Source: Emiliania huxleyi CCMP1516
Taxonomy: Eukaryota
Reading direction: 5' to 3'
DNA length: 64,000 nucleotides
Assembly (NCBI RefSeq): GCF_000372725.1
Contig: NW_005201298.1
Span: 125,393-189,392 of the forward strand
The notes under the pieces were generated by a model, which saw nothing but the letters and a program-made list of their open reading frames with translations, searched no databases and was not told where the DNA came from. The position numbers and the translations under genes were made by a program. Positions 48,520 through 60,501 of the stretch are shown piece after piece. Position 1 is the stretch's first letter; every line of letters begins with the position of its first letter.

Positions 48520-49500
48520 ACTAGAGGTGGGCGCTCCGGCCGTCCCTCCTGGCCAGCGCCACCATGGCGCTGGCACCCAGCCGTCGGCCCCTGAGGGCGT
48601 CAGGCTACGACTAGCCTCTCCGGGCTCTCTGTCTGTCGCCCACCCTTCCGCGCCGAGGCACGTACTCGTGTGACGAGACCGTGCGACGCCGGCTCCATGC
48701 CTAACGCCGCACTGGAGTTGGGCGCTCCGGCCGTCCCTCCAGGCCAGCGTCACCGCTGGCCCCCGGCCGTCGGCCCCTCGTGCGGGCGTCGGGCTACAAC
48801 TCGCCTCTCCGGGCTGCTGTCTGTCGCCCACCCTTCCGCGCCGAGGCACGTACTCGTGTGACGAGACCGTGCGACGCCGGCTCCATGCCTAACGCCGCAC
48901 TGGAGTTGGGCGCTCCGGCCGTCCCTCCAGGCCAGCGTCACCGCTGGCCCCCGGCCGTCGGCCCCTCGTGCGGGCGTCGGGCTACAACTAGCCTCTCCGG
49001 GCTGCTGTCTGTCGCCCACCCTTCCGCGCCGAGGCACGTACTCGTGTGACGAGACCGTGCGACGCCGGCTCCATGCCTAACGCCGCACTGGAGTTGGGCG
49101 CTCCGGCCGTCCCTCCAGGCCAGCGTCACCGCTGGCCCCCGGCCGTCGGCCCCTCGTGAGGGCGTCGGGCTACAACTCGCCTCTCCGGGCTGCTGTCTGT
49201 CGCCCACCCTTCCGCGCCGAGGCACGTACTCGTGTGACAAGACCGTGCGACGCCGGCTCCATGCCTAACGCCGCACTGGAGTTGGGCGCTCCGGCCGTCC
49301 CTCCAGGCCAGCGTCACCGCTGGCCCCCGGCCGTCGGCCCCTCGTGCGGGCGTCGGGCTACAGCTGACCTCTCCGGGCTCGCTGTCTGTCGCCCACCCTT
49401 CCGCGCCGAGGCACGTACTCGTGTAGCGAGACCGTGCAACGCCGGCTTCAAGCCCACAGCGCCGCACTGGGAGTTGGGCGCTCCGCGCCATCCCTCCCGC
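48520..49500. repeat. 188-bp tandem repeat, ~5 copies
   Basis: Equivalent positions at 48750, 48938, 49126 and 49314. Confidence 0.95.
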
Positions 49501-49526
49501 CAGCGATCCGTTACGCTGGCAACCGT

Positions 49527-49620
49527 CTGCTTTCCGAAAGAGGCAGCGTTGCTGCTTTCCGAAAGAGGCAGCGGTGCTGGCTTTCCGAAAGAGGCAGCGG
49601 TGCTGCTTTCCGAAAGAGGC
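49527..49620. repeat. Four ~23-26-bp repeats containing CTTTCCGAAAGAGGC
   Basis: Directly visible. Confidence 0.85.
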
Positions 49621-49689
49621 CCGATCGAGGTAGGCGCCATGCCATGCCTCCAGTCCTAGTGTGACGCCATCTGGGGATCCCCGAGATCG

Positions 49690-52600
49690 CAATCTCTGTC
49701 CAACATCTCGCCCGAGATCGCCCGAGATCGCCGAGATCGCGATCTCGCCCAGATGATGGAGAGTAGGCGGCGGCGGCGCTGCCATCGCGCCCCACGCCTC
49801 GCCAAAGCCTCGACGGCGTGATGATCGACATCAGCTCACGCAGACCACATCGAGTCCATGTCCGACATCTCGCTCCAGATCGCCCGAGATCGCCGAGATC
49901 GCGATCTCGTCTCGAGATGAAGGATGATTAGGCGGCGGCGGCGCTGCCATCGCGCCCCGCGCCTCGCCAAAGCCTCGACGGCGTGATGATCGACATCAGC
50001 TCACGCAGACCACGTCGAGTCCATGTCCGACATCTCGCTCGAGCTCGCCCGAGCTCGCCCGAGATCGCGATCTCGTCACCAGATGAAGGATGATTAGGCG
50101 GCGGCGGCGCTGCCAGCGCGCCCCACGCCTCGCCAAAACCTCGACGGCGTGATGATCGACATCAGCTCACGCAGACCACGTCGAGTCCATGTCCGACATC
50201 TCGCTCGAGCTCGCCCGAGCTCGCCCGAGATCGCGATCTCGTCACGAGATGAAGGAGAGTAGGCGGCGGCGGCGCTGCCAGCGCGCCCCACGCCTCGCCA
50301 AAGCCTCGACGGCGTGATGATCGACATCAGCTCACGCAGACCACGTCGAGTCCATGTCCAACCTCTCGCTCAAGATCACCCGAGATCACCGAGCTCGCGA
50401 TCTCGTCACCAGATGAAGGAGAGTAGGCGGCGGCGGCGCTGCCAGCGCGCCCCGCGCCTCGCCAAAGTCTCGACGGCGTGATGATCGACATCAGCTCACG
50501 CAGACCACGTCGAGTCCATGTCCGACATCTCGCTCGAGCTCGCCCGAGCTCGCCCGAGATCGCGATCTCGTCACGAGATGAAGGAGAGTAGGCGGCGGCG
50601 GCGCTTCCAGCGCGCCCCACGCCTCGCCAAAGCCTCGACGGCGTGATGATCGACATCAGCTCACGCAGACCACGTCGAGTCCATGTCCGACATCTCGCTC
50701 GAGCTCGCCCGAGCTCGCCCGAGATCGCGATCTCGTCACGAGATGAAGGAGAGTAGGCGGCGGCGGCGCTGCCAGCGCGCCCCACGCCTCGCCAAAGCCT
50801 CGACGGCGTGATGATCGACATCAGCTCACGCAGACCACGTCGAGTCCATGTCCAACATCTCGCTCGAGATCACCCGAGATCACCGAGATCGCGATCTCGT
50901 CACGAGATGAAGGAGAGTAGGCGGCGGCGGCGCTGCCATCGCGCCCCACGCCTCGCCAAAGCCTCGACGGCGTGATGATCGACATCAGCTCACGCAGACC
51001 ACGTCGAGCCCATGTCCGACATCTCGCTCGAGATCACCCGAGATCACCGAGCTCGCGATCTCGTCACGAGATGAAGGAGAGTAGGCGGCGGCGGCGCTGC
51101 CAGCGCGCCCCGCGCCTCGCCAAAGCATCAACGGCGTGATGATCGACATCAGCTCACGCAGACCACGTCGAGCCCATGTCCGACATCTCGCTCGAGATCG
51201 CCCGAGATCGCCGAGATCGCGATCTCGTCTCGAGATGAAGGAGAGTAGGCGGCGGCGGCGCTGCCATCGCGCCCCGCGCCTCGCCAAAGTCTCGACGGCG
51301 TGATGATCGACATCAGCTCACGCAGACCACGTCGAGTCCATGTCCAACCTCTCGCTCGAGATCACCCGAGATCACCGAGCTCGCGATCTCGTCACGAGAT
51401 GAAGGAGAGTAGGCGGCGGCGGCGCTGCCAGCGCGCCCCGCGCCTCGCCAAAGCATCAACGGCGTGATGATCGACATCAGCTCACGCAGACCACGTCGAG
51501 TCCATGTCCGACATCTCGCTCGAGATCACCCGAGATCACAGAGCTCGCAATCTGGTCACGAGTTGAAGGAGAGCAGGCGGCGGCGGCGCTGCCATCGCGC
51601 CCCGCGCCTCGCCAAAGCCTCGACGGCGTGATGATCGACATCAGCTCACGCAGACCACGTCGAGTCCATGTCCGACATCTCGCTCGAGCTCGCCCGAGCT
51701 CGCCCGAGATCGCGATCTCGTCACCAGATGAAGGAGAGTAGGCGGCGGCGGCGCTGCCAGCGCGCCCCGCGCCTCGCCAAAGTCTCGACGGCGTGATGAT
51801 CGACATCAGCTCACGCAGACCACGTCGAGTCCATGTCCGACATCTCGCTCGAGCTCGCCCGAGCTCGCCCGAGATCGCGATCTCGTCACGAGATGAAGGA
51901 GAGTAGGCGGCGGCGGCGCTTCCAGCGCGCCCCACGCCTCGCCAAAGCCTCGACGGCGTGATGATCGACATCAGCTCACGCAGACCACGTCGAGTCCATG
52001 TCCGACATCTCGCTCGAGCTCGCCCGAGCTCGCCCGAGATCGCGATCTCGTCACGAGATGAAGGAGAGTAGGCGGCGGCGGCGCTGCCAGCGCGCCCCGC
52101 GCCTCGCCAAAGTCTCGACGGCGTGATGATCGACATCAGCTCACGCAGACCACGTCGAGCCCATGTCCGACATCTCGCTCGAGATCACCCGAGATCACCG
52201 AGCTCGCGATCTCGTCACGAGATGAAGGAGAGTAGGCGGCGGCGGCGCTGCCATCGCGCCCCGCGCCTCGCCAAAGTCTCCACGGCGTGATGATCGACAT
52301 CAGCTCACGCAGACCACGTCGAGTTCATGTCCAACCTCTCGCTCGAGATCACCCGAGATCACCGAGCTCGCGATCTCGTCTCGAGATGAAGGATGATTAG
52401 GCGGCGGCGGCGCTGCCATCGCGCCCCACGCCTCGCCAAAACCTCGACGGCGTGATGATCGACATCAGCTCACGCAGACCACGTCGAGTCCATGTCCAAC
52501 CTCTCGCTCGAGATCACCCGAGATCACCGAGCTCGCGATCTCGTCACGAGATGAAGGAGAGTAGGCGGCGGCGGCGCTGCCAGCGCGCCCCGCGCCTCGC

Positions 52601-55600
52601 CAAAGCATCAACGGCGTGATGATCGACATCAGCTCACGCAGACCACATCGAGTCCATGTCCGACATCTCGCTCGAGATCGCCCGAGATCGCCGAGATCGC
52701 GATCTCGTCACGAGATGAAGGAGAGTAGGCGGCGGCGGCGCTGCCAGCGCGCCCCACGCCTCGCCAAAACCTCGACGGCGTGATGATCGACATCAGCTCA
52801 CGCAGACCACATCGAGTCCATGTCCGACATCTCGCTCGAGCTCGCCCGAGCTCGCCCGAGATCGCGATCTCGTCACCAGATGAAGGAGAGTAGGCGGCGG
52901 CGGCGCTGCCAGCGCGCCCCGCGCCTCGCCAAAGTCTCGACGGCGTGATGATCGACATCAGCTCACGCAGACCACGTCGAGTCCATGTCCGACATCTCGC
53001 TCGAGATCACCCGAGATCACCGAGCTCGCGATCTCGTCACGAGATGAAGGAGAGTAGGCGGCGGCGGCGCTGCCAGCGCGCCCCACGCCTCGCCAAAGTC
53101 TCGACGGCGTGATGATCGACATCAGCTCACGCAGACCACGTCGAGTCCATGTCCAACCTCTCGCTCGAGATCACCCGAGATCACCGAGCTCGCGATCTCG
53201 TCACGAGATGAAGGAGAGTAGGCGGCGGCGGCGCTGCCAGCGCGCCCCACGCCTCGCCAAAGCCTCGACGGCGTGATGATCGACATCAGCTCACGCAGAC
53301 CACGTCGAGTCCATGTCCAACCTCTCGCTCGAGATCACCCGAGCTCGCCCGAGATCGCGATCTCGCCTCGAGATGAAGGATGATTAGGCGGCGGCGGCGC
53401 TGCCAGCGCGCCCCACGCCTCGCCAAAGCCTCGACGGCGTGATGATCGACATCAGCTCACGCAGACCACGTCGAGTCCATGTCCAACCTCTCGCTCAAGA
53501 TCACCCGAGATCACCGAGCTCGCGATCTCGTCACGAGATGAAGGAGAGTAGGCGGCGGCGGCGCTGCCAGCGCGCCCCACGCCTCGCCAAAGCATCAACA
53601 GCGTGATGATCGACATCAGCTCACGCAGACCACATCGAGTCCATGTCCGACATCTCGCTCGAGATCGCCCGAGATCGCCGAGATCGCGATCTCGTCTCGA
53701 GATGAAGGATGATTAGGCGGCGGCGGCGCTGCCATCGCGCCCCACGCCTCGCCAAAACCTCGACGGCGTGATGATCGACATCAGCTCACGCAGACCACGT
53801 CGAGTCCATGTCCAACCTCTCGCTCGAGATCACCCGAGATCACCGAGCTCGCGATCTCGTCACGAGATGAAGGAGAGTAGGCGGCGGCGGCGCTGCCAGC
53901 GCGCCCCGCGCCTCGCCAAAGTCTCGACGGCGTGATGATCGACATCAGCTCACGCAGACCACGTCGAGCCCATGTCCAACCTCTCGCTCGAGATCACCCG
54001 AGATCACCGAGCTCGCGATCTCGTCACGAGATGAAGGAGAGTAGGCGGCGGCAGCGCTGCCATCGCGCCCCACGCCTCGCCAAAACCTCGACGGCGTGAT
54101 GATCGACATCAGCTCACGCAGACCACGTCGAGTCCATGTCCAACCTCTCGCTCGAGATCGCCCGAGATCACCGAGCTCGCGATCTCGTCACGAGATGAAA
54201 GAGAGTAGGCGGCGGCAGCGCTGCCATCGCGCCCCGCGCCTCGCCAAAGTCTCGACGGCGTGATGATCGACATCAGCTCACGCAGACCACGTCGAGTCCA
54301 TGTCCAACATCTCGCTCGAGATCACCCGAGATCACCGAGCTCGCGATCTCGTTTCGAGATGAAGGATGATTAGGCGGCGGCAGCGCTGCCATCGCGCCCC
54401 GCGCCTCGCCAAAGTCTCGACGGCGTGATGATCGACATCAGCTCACGCAGACCACATCGAGTCCATGTCCGACATCTCGCTCGAGATCGCCCGAGATCGC
54501 CGAGATCGCGATCTCGTCACGAGATGAAGGAGAGTAGGCGGCGGCGGCGCTGCCAGCGCGCCCCACGCCTCGCCAAAGCCTCGACGGCGTGATGATCGAC
54601 ATCAGCTCACGCAGACCACATCGAGTCCATGTCCGACATCTCGCTCGAGATCGCCCGAGATCGCCGAGATCGCGATCTCGTCTCGAGATGAAGGAGAGTA
54701 GGCGGCGGCGGCGCTGCCATCGCGCCCCACGCCTCGCCAAAGTCTCGACGGCGTGATGATCGACATCAGCTCACGCAGACCACGTCGAGCCCATGTCCGA
54801 CATCTCGCTCGAGATCACCCGAGATCACCGAGCTCGCGATCTCGTCACGAGATGAAGGAGAGTAGGCGGCGGCGGCGCTGCCATCGCGCCCCACGCCTCG
54901 CCAAAGTCTCGACGGCGTGATGATCGACATCAGCTCACGCAGACCACGTCGAGCCCATGTCCGACATCTCGCTCGAGATCACCCGAGATCACCGAGCTCG
55001 CGATCTCGTCACGAGATGAAGGAGAGTAGGCGGCGGCGGCGCTGCCAGCGCGCCCCACGCCTCGCCAAAACCTCGACGGCGTGATGATCGACATCAGCTC
55101 ACGCAGACCACATCGAGTCCATGTCCGACATCTCGCTCGAGCTCGCCCGAGCTCGCCCGAGATCGCGATCTCGTCTCGAGATGAAGGAGAGTAGGCGGCG
55201 GCGGCGCTGCCATCGCGCCCCGCGCCTCGCCAAAGTCTCGACGGCGTGATGATCGACATCAGCTCACGCAGACCACGTCGAGTCCATGTCCAACCTCTCG
55301 CTCGAGATCACCCGAGATCACCGAGCTCGCGATCTCGTCACGAGATGAAGGAGAGTAGGCGGCGGCGGCGCTGCCATCGCGCCCCGCGCCTCGCCAAAGT
55401 CTCCACGGCGTGATGATCGACATCAGCTCACGCAGACCACGTCGAGTTCATGTCCAACCTCTCGCTCAAGATCACCCGAGATCACCGAGCTCGCGATCTC
55501 GTCACGAGATGAAGGAGAGTAGGCGGCGGCGGCGCTGCCAGCGCGCCCCACGCCTCGCCAAAGCATCAACAGCGTGATGATCGACATCAGCTCACGCAGA

Positions 55601-58600
55601 CCACATCGAGTCCATGTCCGACATCTCGCTCGAGATCGCCCGAGATCGCCGAGATCGCGATCTCGTCTCGAGATGAAGGATGATTAGGCGGCGGCGGCGC
55701 TGCCATCGCGCCCCACGCCTCGCCAAAACCTCGACGGCGTGATGATCGACATCAGCTCACGCAGACCACGTCGAGTCCATGTCCAACCTCTCGCTCGAGA
55801 TCACCCGAGATCACCGAGCTCGCGATCTCGTCACGAGATGAAGGAGAGTAGGCGGCGGCGGCGCTGCCAGCGCGCCCCGCGCCTCGCCAAAGTCTCGACG
55901 GCGTGATGATCGACATCAGCTCACGCAGACCACGTCGAGCCCATGTCCAACCTCTCGCTCGAGATCACCCGAGATCACCGAGCTCGCGATCTCGTCACGA
56001 GATGAAGGAGAGTAGGCGGCGGCGGCGCTGCCATCGCGCCCCACGCCTCGCCAAAGTCTCGACGGCGTGATGATCGACATCAGCTCACGCAGACCACGTC
56101 GAGTCCATGTCCGACATCTCGCTCGAGCTCGCCCGAGCTCGCCCGAGATCGCGATCTCGTCACGAGATGAAGGAGAGTAGGCGGCGGCGGCGCTGCCAGC
56201 GCGCCCCGCGCCTCGCCAAAGTCTCGACGGCGTGATGATCGACATCAGCTCACGCAGACCACGTCGAGCCCATGTCCGACATCTCGCTCGAGATCACCCG
56301 AGATCACCGAGCTCGCGATCTCGTCACGAGATGAAGGAGAGTAGGCGGCGGCGGCGCTGCCAGCGCGCCCCGCGCCTCGCCAAAGTCTCCACGGCGTGAT
56401 GATCGACATCAGCTCACGCAGACCACGTCGAGTCCATGTCCAACCTCTCGCTCGAGATCACCCGAGATCACCGAGCTCGCGATCTCGTCACGAGATGAAG
56501 GAGAGTAGGCGGCGGCGGCGCTGCCAGCGCGCCCCACGCCTCGCCAAAGTCTCGACGGCGTGATGATCGACATCAGCTCACGCAGACCACGTCGAGTCCA
56601 TGTCCGACATCTCGCTCGAGATCACCCGAGATCACCGAGCTCGCGATCTCGTCACGAGATGAAGGAGAGTAGGCGGCGGCGGCGCTGCCATCGCGCCCCG
56701 CGCCTCGCCAAAGTCTCCACGGCGTGATGATCGACATCAGCTCACGCAGACCACGTCGAGTTCATGTCCAACCTCTCGCTCGAGATCACCCGAGATCACC
56801 GAGCTCGCGATCTCGTCTCGAGATGAAGGATGATTAGGCGGCGGCGGCGCTGCCATCGCGCCCCACGCCTCGCCAAAACCTCGACGGCGTGATGATCGAC
56901 ATCAGCTCACGCAGACCACGTCGAGTCCATGTCCAACCTCTCGCTCGAGATCACCCGAGATCACCGAGCTCGCGATCTCGTCACGAGATGAAGGAGAGTA
57001 GGCGGCGGCGGCGCTGCCAGCGCGCCCCGCGCCTCGCCAAAGCATCAACGGCGTGATGATCGACATCAGCTCACGCAGACCACATCGAGTCCATGTCCGA
57101 CATCTCGCTCGAGATCGCCCGAGATCGCCGAGATCGCGATCTCGTCTCGAGATGAAGGATGATTAGGCGGCGGCGGCGCTGCCATCGCGCCCCACGCCTC
57201 GCCAAAACCTCGACGGCGTGATGATCGACATCAGCTCACGCAGACCACGTCGAGTCCATGTCCAACCTCTCGCTCGAGATCACCCGAGATCACCGAGCTC
57301 GCGATCTCGTCACGAGATGAAGGAGAGTAGGCGGCGGCGGCGCTGCCAGCGCGCCCCGCGCCTCGCCAAAGCATCAACGGCGTGATGATCGACATCAGCT
57401 CACGCAGACCACGTCGAGTCCATGTCCGACATCTCGCTCGAGATCACCCGAGATCACAGAGCTCGCAATCTGGTCACGAGTTGAAGGAGAGCAGGCGGCG
57501 GCGGCGCTGCCATCGCGCCCCGCGCCTCGCCAAAGTCTCGACGGCGTGATGATCGACATCAGCTCACGCAGACCACGTCGAGTCCATGTCCAACATCTCG
57601 CTCGAGATCACCCGAGATCGCCGAGCTCGCGATCTCGCCTCGAGATGAAGGAGAGTAGGCGGCGGCGGCGCTGCCAGCGCGCCCCACGCCTCGCCAAAGT
57701 CTCCACGGCGTGATGATCGACATCAGCTCACGCAGACCACGTCGAGTCCATGTCCAACCTCTCGCTCGAGATCACCCGAGATCACCGAGCTCGCGATCTC
57801 GTCACGAGATGAAGGAGAGTAGGCGGCGGCGGCGCTGCCAGCGCGCCCCACGCCTCGCCAAAACCTCGACGGCGTGATGATCGACATCAGCTCACGCAGA
57901 CCACGTCGAGTCCATGTCCGACATCTCGCTCGAGATCACCCGAGATCACCGAGCTCGCGATCTCGTCACGAGATGAAGGAGAGTAGGCGGCGGCGGCGCT
58001 GCCATCGCGCCCCGCGCCTCGCCAAAGTCTCCACGGCGTGATGATCGACATCAGCTCACGCAGACCACGTCGAGTTCATGTCCAACCTCTCGCTCGAGAT
58101 CACCCGAGATCACCGAGCTCGCGATCTCGTCTCGAGATGAAGGATGATTAGGCGGCGGCGGCGCTGCCATCGCGCCCCACGCCTCGCCAAAACCTCGACG
58201 GCGTGATGATCGACATCAGCTCACGCAGACCACGTCGAGTCCATGTCCAACCTCTCGCTCGAGATCGCCCGAGATCGCCGAGATCGCGATCTCGTCACGA
58301 GATGAAGGATGATTAGGCGGCGGCGGCGCTGCCAGCGCGCCCCGCGCCTCGCCAAAGCATCAACGGCGTGATGATCGACATCAGCTCACGCAGACCACAT
58401 CGAGTCCATGTCCGACATCTCGCTCGAGATCGCCCGAGATCGCCGAGATCGCGATCTCGTCTCGAGATGAAGGATGATTAGGCGGCGGCGGCGCTGCCAT
58501 CGCGCCCCACGCCTCGCCAAAACCTCGACGGCGTGATGATCGACATCAGCTCACGCAGACCACGTCGAGTCCATGTCCAACCTCTCGCTCGAGATCACCC

Positions 58601-59530
58601 GAGATCACCGAGCTCGCGATCTCGTCACGAGATGAAGGATAGTAGGCGGCGGCGGCGCTGCCAGCGCGCCCCGCGCCTCGCCAAAGCATCAACGGCGTGA
58701 TGATCGACATCAGCTCACGCAGACCACGTCGAGTCCATGTCCGACATCTCGCTCGAGATCACCCGAGATCACCGAGCTCGCGATCTCGTCACGAGATGAA
58801 GGAGAGTAGGCGGCGGCGGCGCTGCCATCGCGCCCCACGCCTCGCCAAAGTCTCGACGGCGTGATGATCGACATCAGCTCACGCAGACCACGTCGAGCCC
58901 ATGTCCGACATCTCGCTCGAGATCACCCGAGATCACCGAGCTCGCGATCTCGTCACCAGATGAAGGAGAGTAGGCGGCGGCGGCGCTGCCAGCGCGCCCC
59001 GCGCCTCGCCAAAGTCTCGACGGCGTGATGATCGACATCAGCTCACGCAGACCACGTCGAGTCCATGTCCGACATCTCGCTCGAGATCACCCGAGATCAC
59101 CGAGATCGCGATCTCGTCACGAGATGAAGGATGATTAGGCGGCGGCGGCGCTGCCAGCGCGCCCCACGCCTCGCCAAAGTCTCGACGGCGTGATGATCGA
59201 CATCAGCTCACGCAGACCACGTCGAGTCCATGTCCAACCTCTCGCTCGAGATCACCCGAGATCACCGAGCTCGCGATCTCGTCACGAGATGAAGGATAGT
59301 AGGCGGCGGCGGCGCTGCCATCGCGCCCCATGCCTCGCCAACGCCTCGACGGCGTGATGATCGACATCAGCTCACGCAGACCACGTCGAGTCCATGTCCG
59401 ACATCTCGCTCGAGCTCGCCCGAGCTCGCCCGAGCTCGCGATCCCGCCTCGAGATGAAGGAGAGCAGGCGGCGGCGGCGCTGCCAGCGCACCACACGCCT
59501 CGCCAACGCCACGACGGCGTGATGATCGAG
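49690..59530. repeat. 164/165-bp satellite, ~60 copies
   Basis: GATGATCGACATCAGCTCACGCAGACCAC recurs at 164-165 bp spacing; ends are degenerate. Confidence 0.98.
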
Positions 59531-60501
59531 ATTGAACCGCGCCCCAACACGGTCCAGCTCGCGCCCGCTATCGAGGCTCGCGGTCGAGCTCGCAGCTGTG
59601 CAGGCCTGTTCCCTCTGCGGCCTCAGTGGCCTGCGCAGCGCGCTGCTGATGGCGGAATAAGAGCGACCTCGTTCACGACGTGCCGTGCGCCTCGTCAGAG
59701 CCACGACGGCGTGACGCCGTAGAGCCGAGCACGTCGAGTCCGTACGCAGCATCTCACCAGCTCCTGTTCAGTCAGCGGCTTGTGCGGCGCTTGGCTCCGT
59801 GACCTGAGGCAAACCCCTTGCTGCACCAGTGCCAGCTCCGACAGGTGCAAGACAGCGCCGCTGTCTGATGCTGCCACTCACCGCCTCTAGCATCCCCGTC
59901 ACTCCCTGTGCACTTCGCCCATGCCTGACGGGAGCTCCTCATGCCCTCTCCCCATGCCTGACGGGAGCTCCTGCATGCCCTCTCCCCCGACGAGGCGCCT
60001 CAGTCCGCGTACTCCGCGTCCGTTGCGAGGTGACGGACGGCGCGACCACCTCCGCACGCACGTCTACACCGCCTTCTTGATTCCATCCACCAGCGGAAAA
60101 TCAAGCGATGTGATCCCAGAAGGCTTGCGTGATGCGTCGTCATGACGGGTGTCACTGCCGCGGCGCCGCGCCGCGTGCCGCGTCGTCAGTACTGAAGCAG
60201 TCGCGCGAGTCAGAGTCGGGCACGAGACGTCGAGCATCGAAACCGTCCGTTTCGTGCGCCCGTCCCCAATACAGGATTCCCCTGTCAGGGTGTGAACATC
60301 GTGCACTCGATGGTTTTCCCCGGCCCATGCCGGGTACTCTCCAGTCGAATCTGACGTTTGGCTACACTAGTAGAGCCGTGGGCTCATTTCACATTTTGAA
60401 GTCGGGCCCTCAGGAGGACCGCTCGGGTTCGACACCAACCCGGGGCTGCTCCGCGCCATGTGCATGGCGTTCGAGTGAACGCCGTGCAGGCAGCCCGTGG
60501 T

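Larger units (their letters stand above)
47308..60392 (-). mobile_element. Putative non-autonomous split-direct-repeat (PAT/Ngaro/TOC1-like) element
   Basis: A = 47308-47532 = 47876-48100; B = 47677-47875 = 60194-60392; order A..BA..B. Confidence 0.65.

Noticed and set aside
49690..59530. Hammerhead ribozyme satellite or rDNA spacer
   Set aside because: No CTGANGA...GAAA core was found by eye (the minus strand has CTGATGTC), and no rRNA genes are adjacent.
50094..59550. Repetitive MSIITPSRLW... ORFs
   Set aside because: By-products of 165-bp units; the frame breaks at every 164-bp unit.
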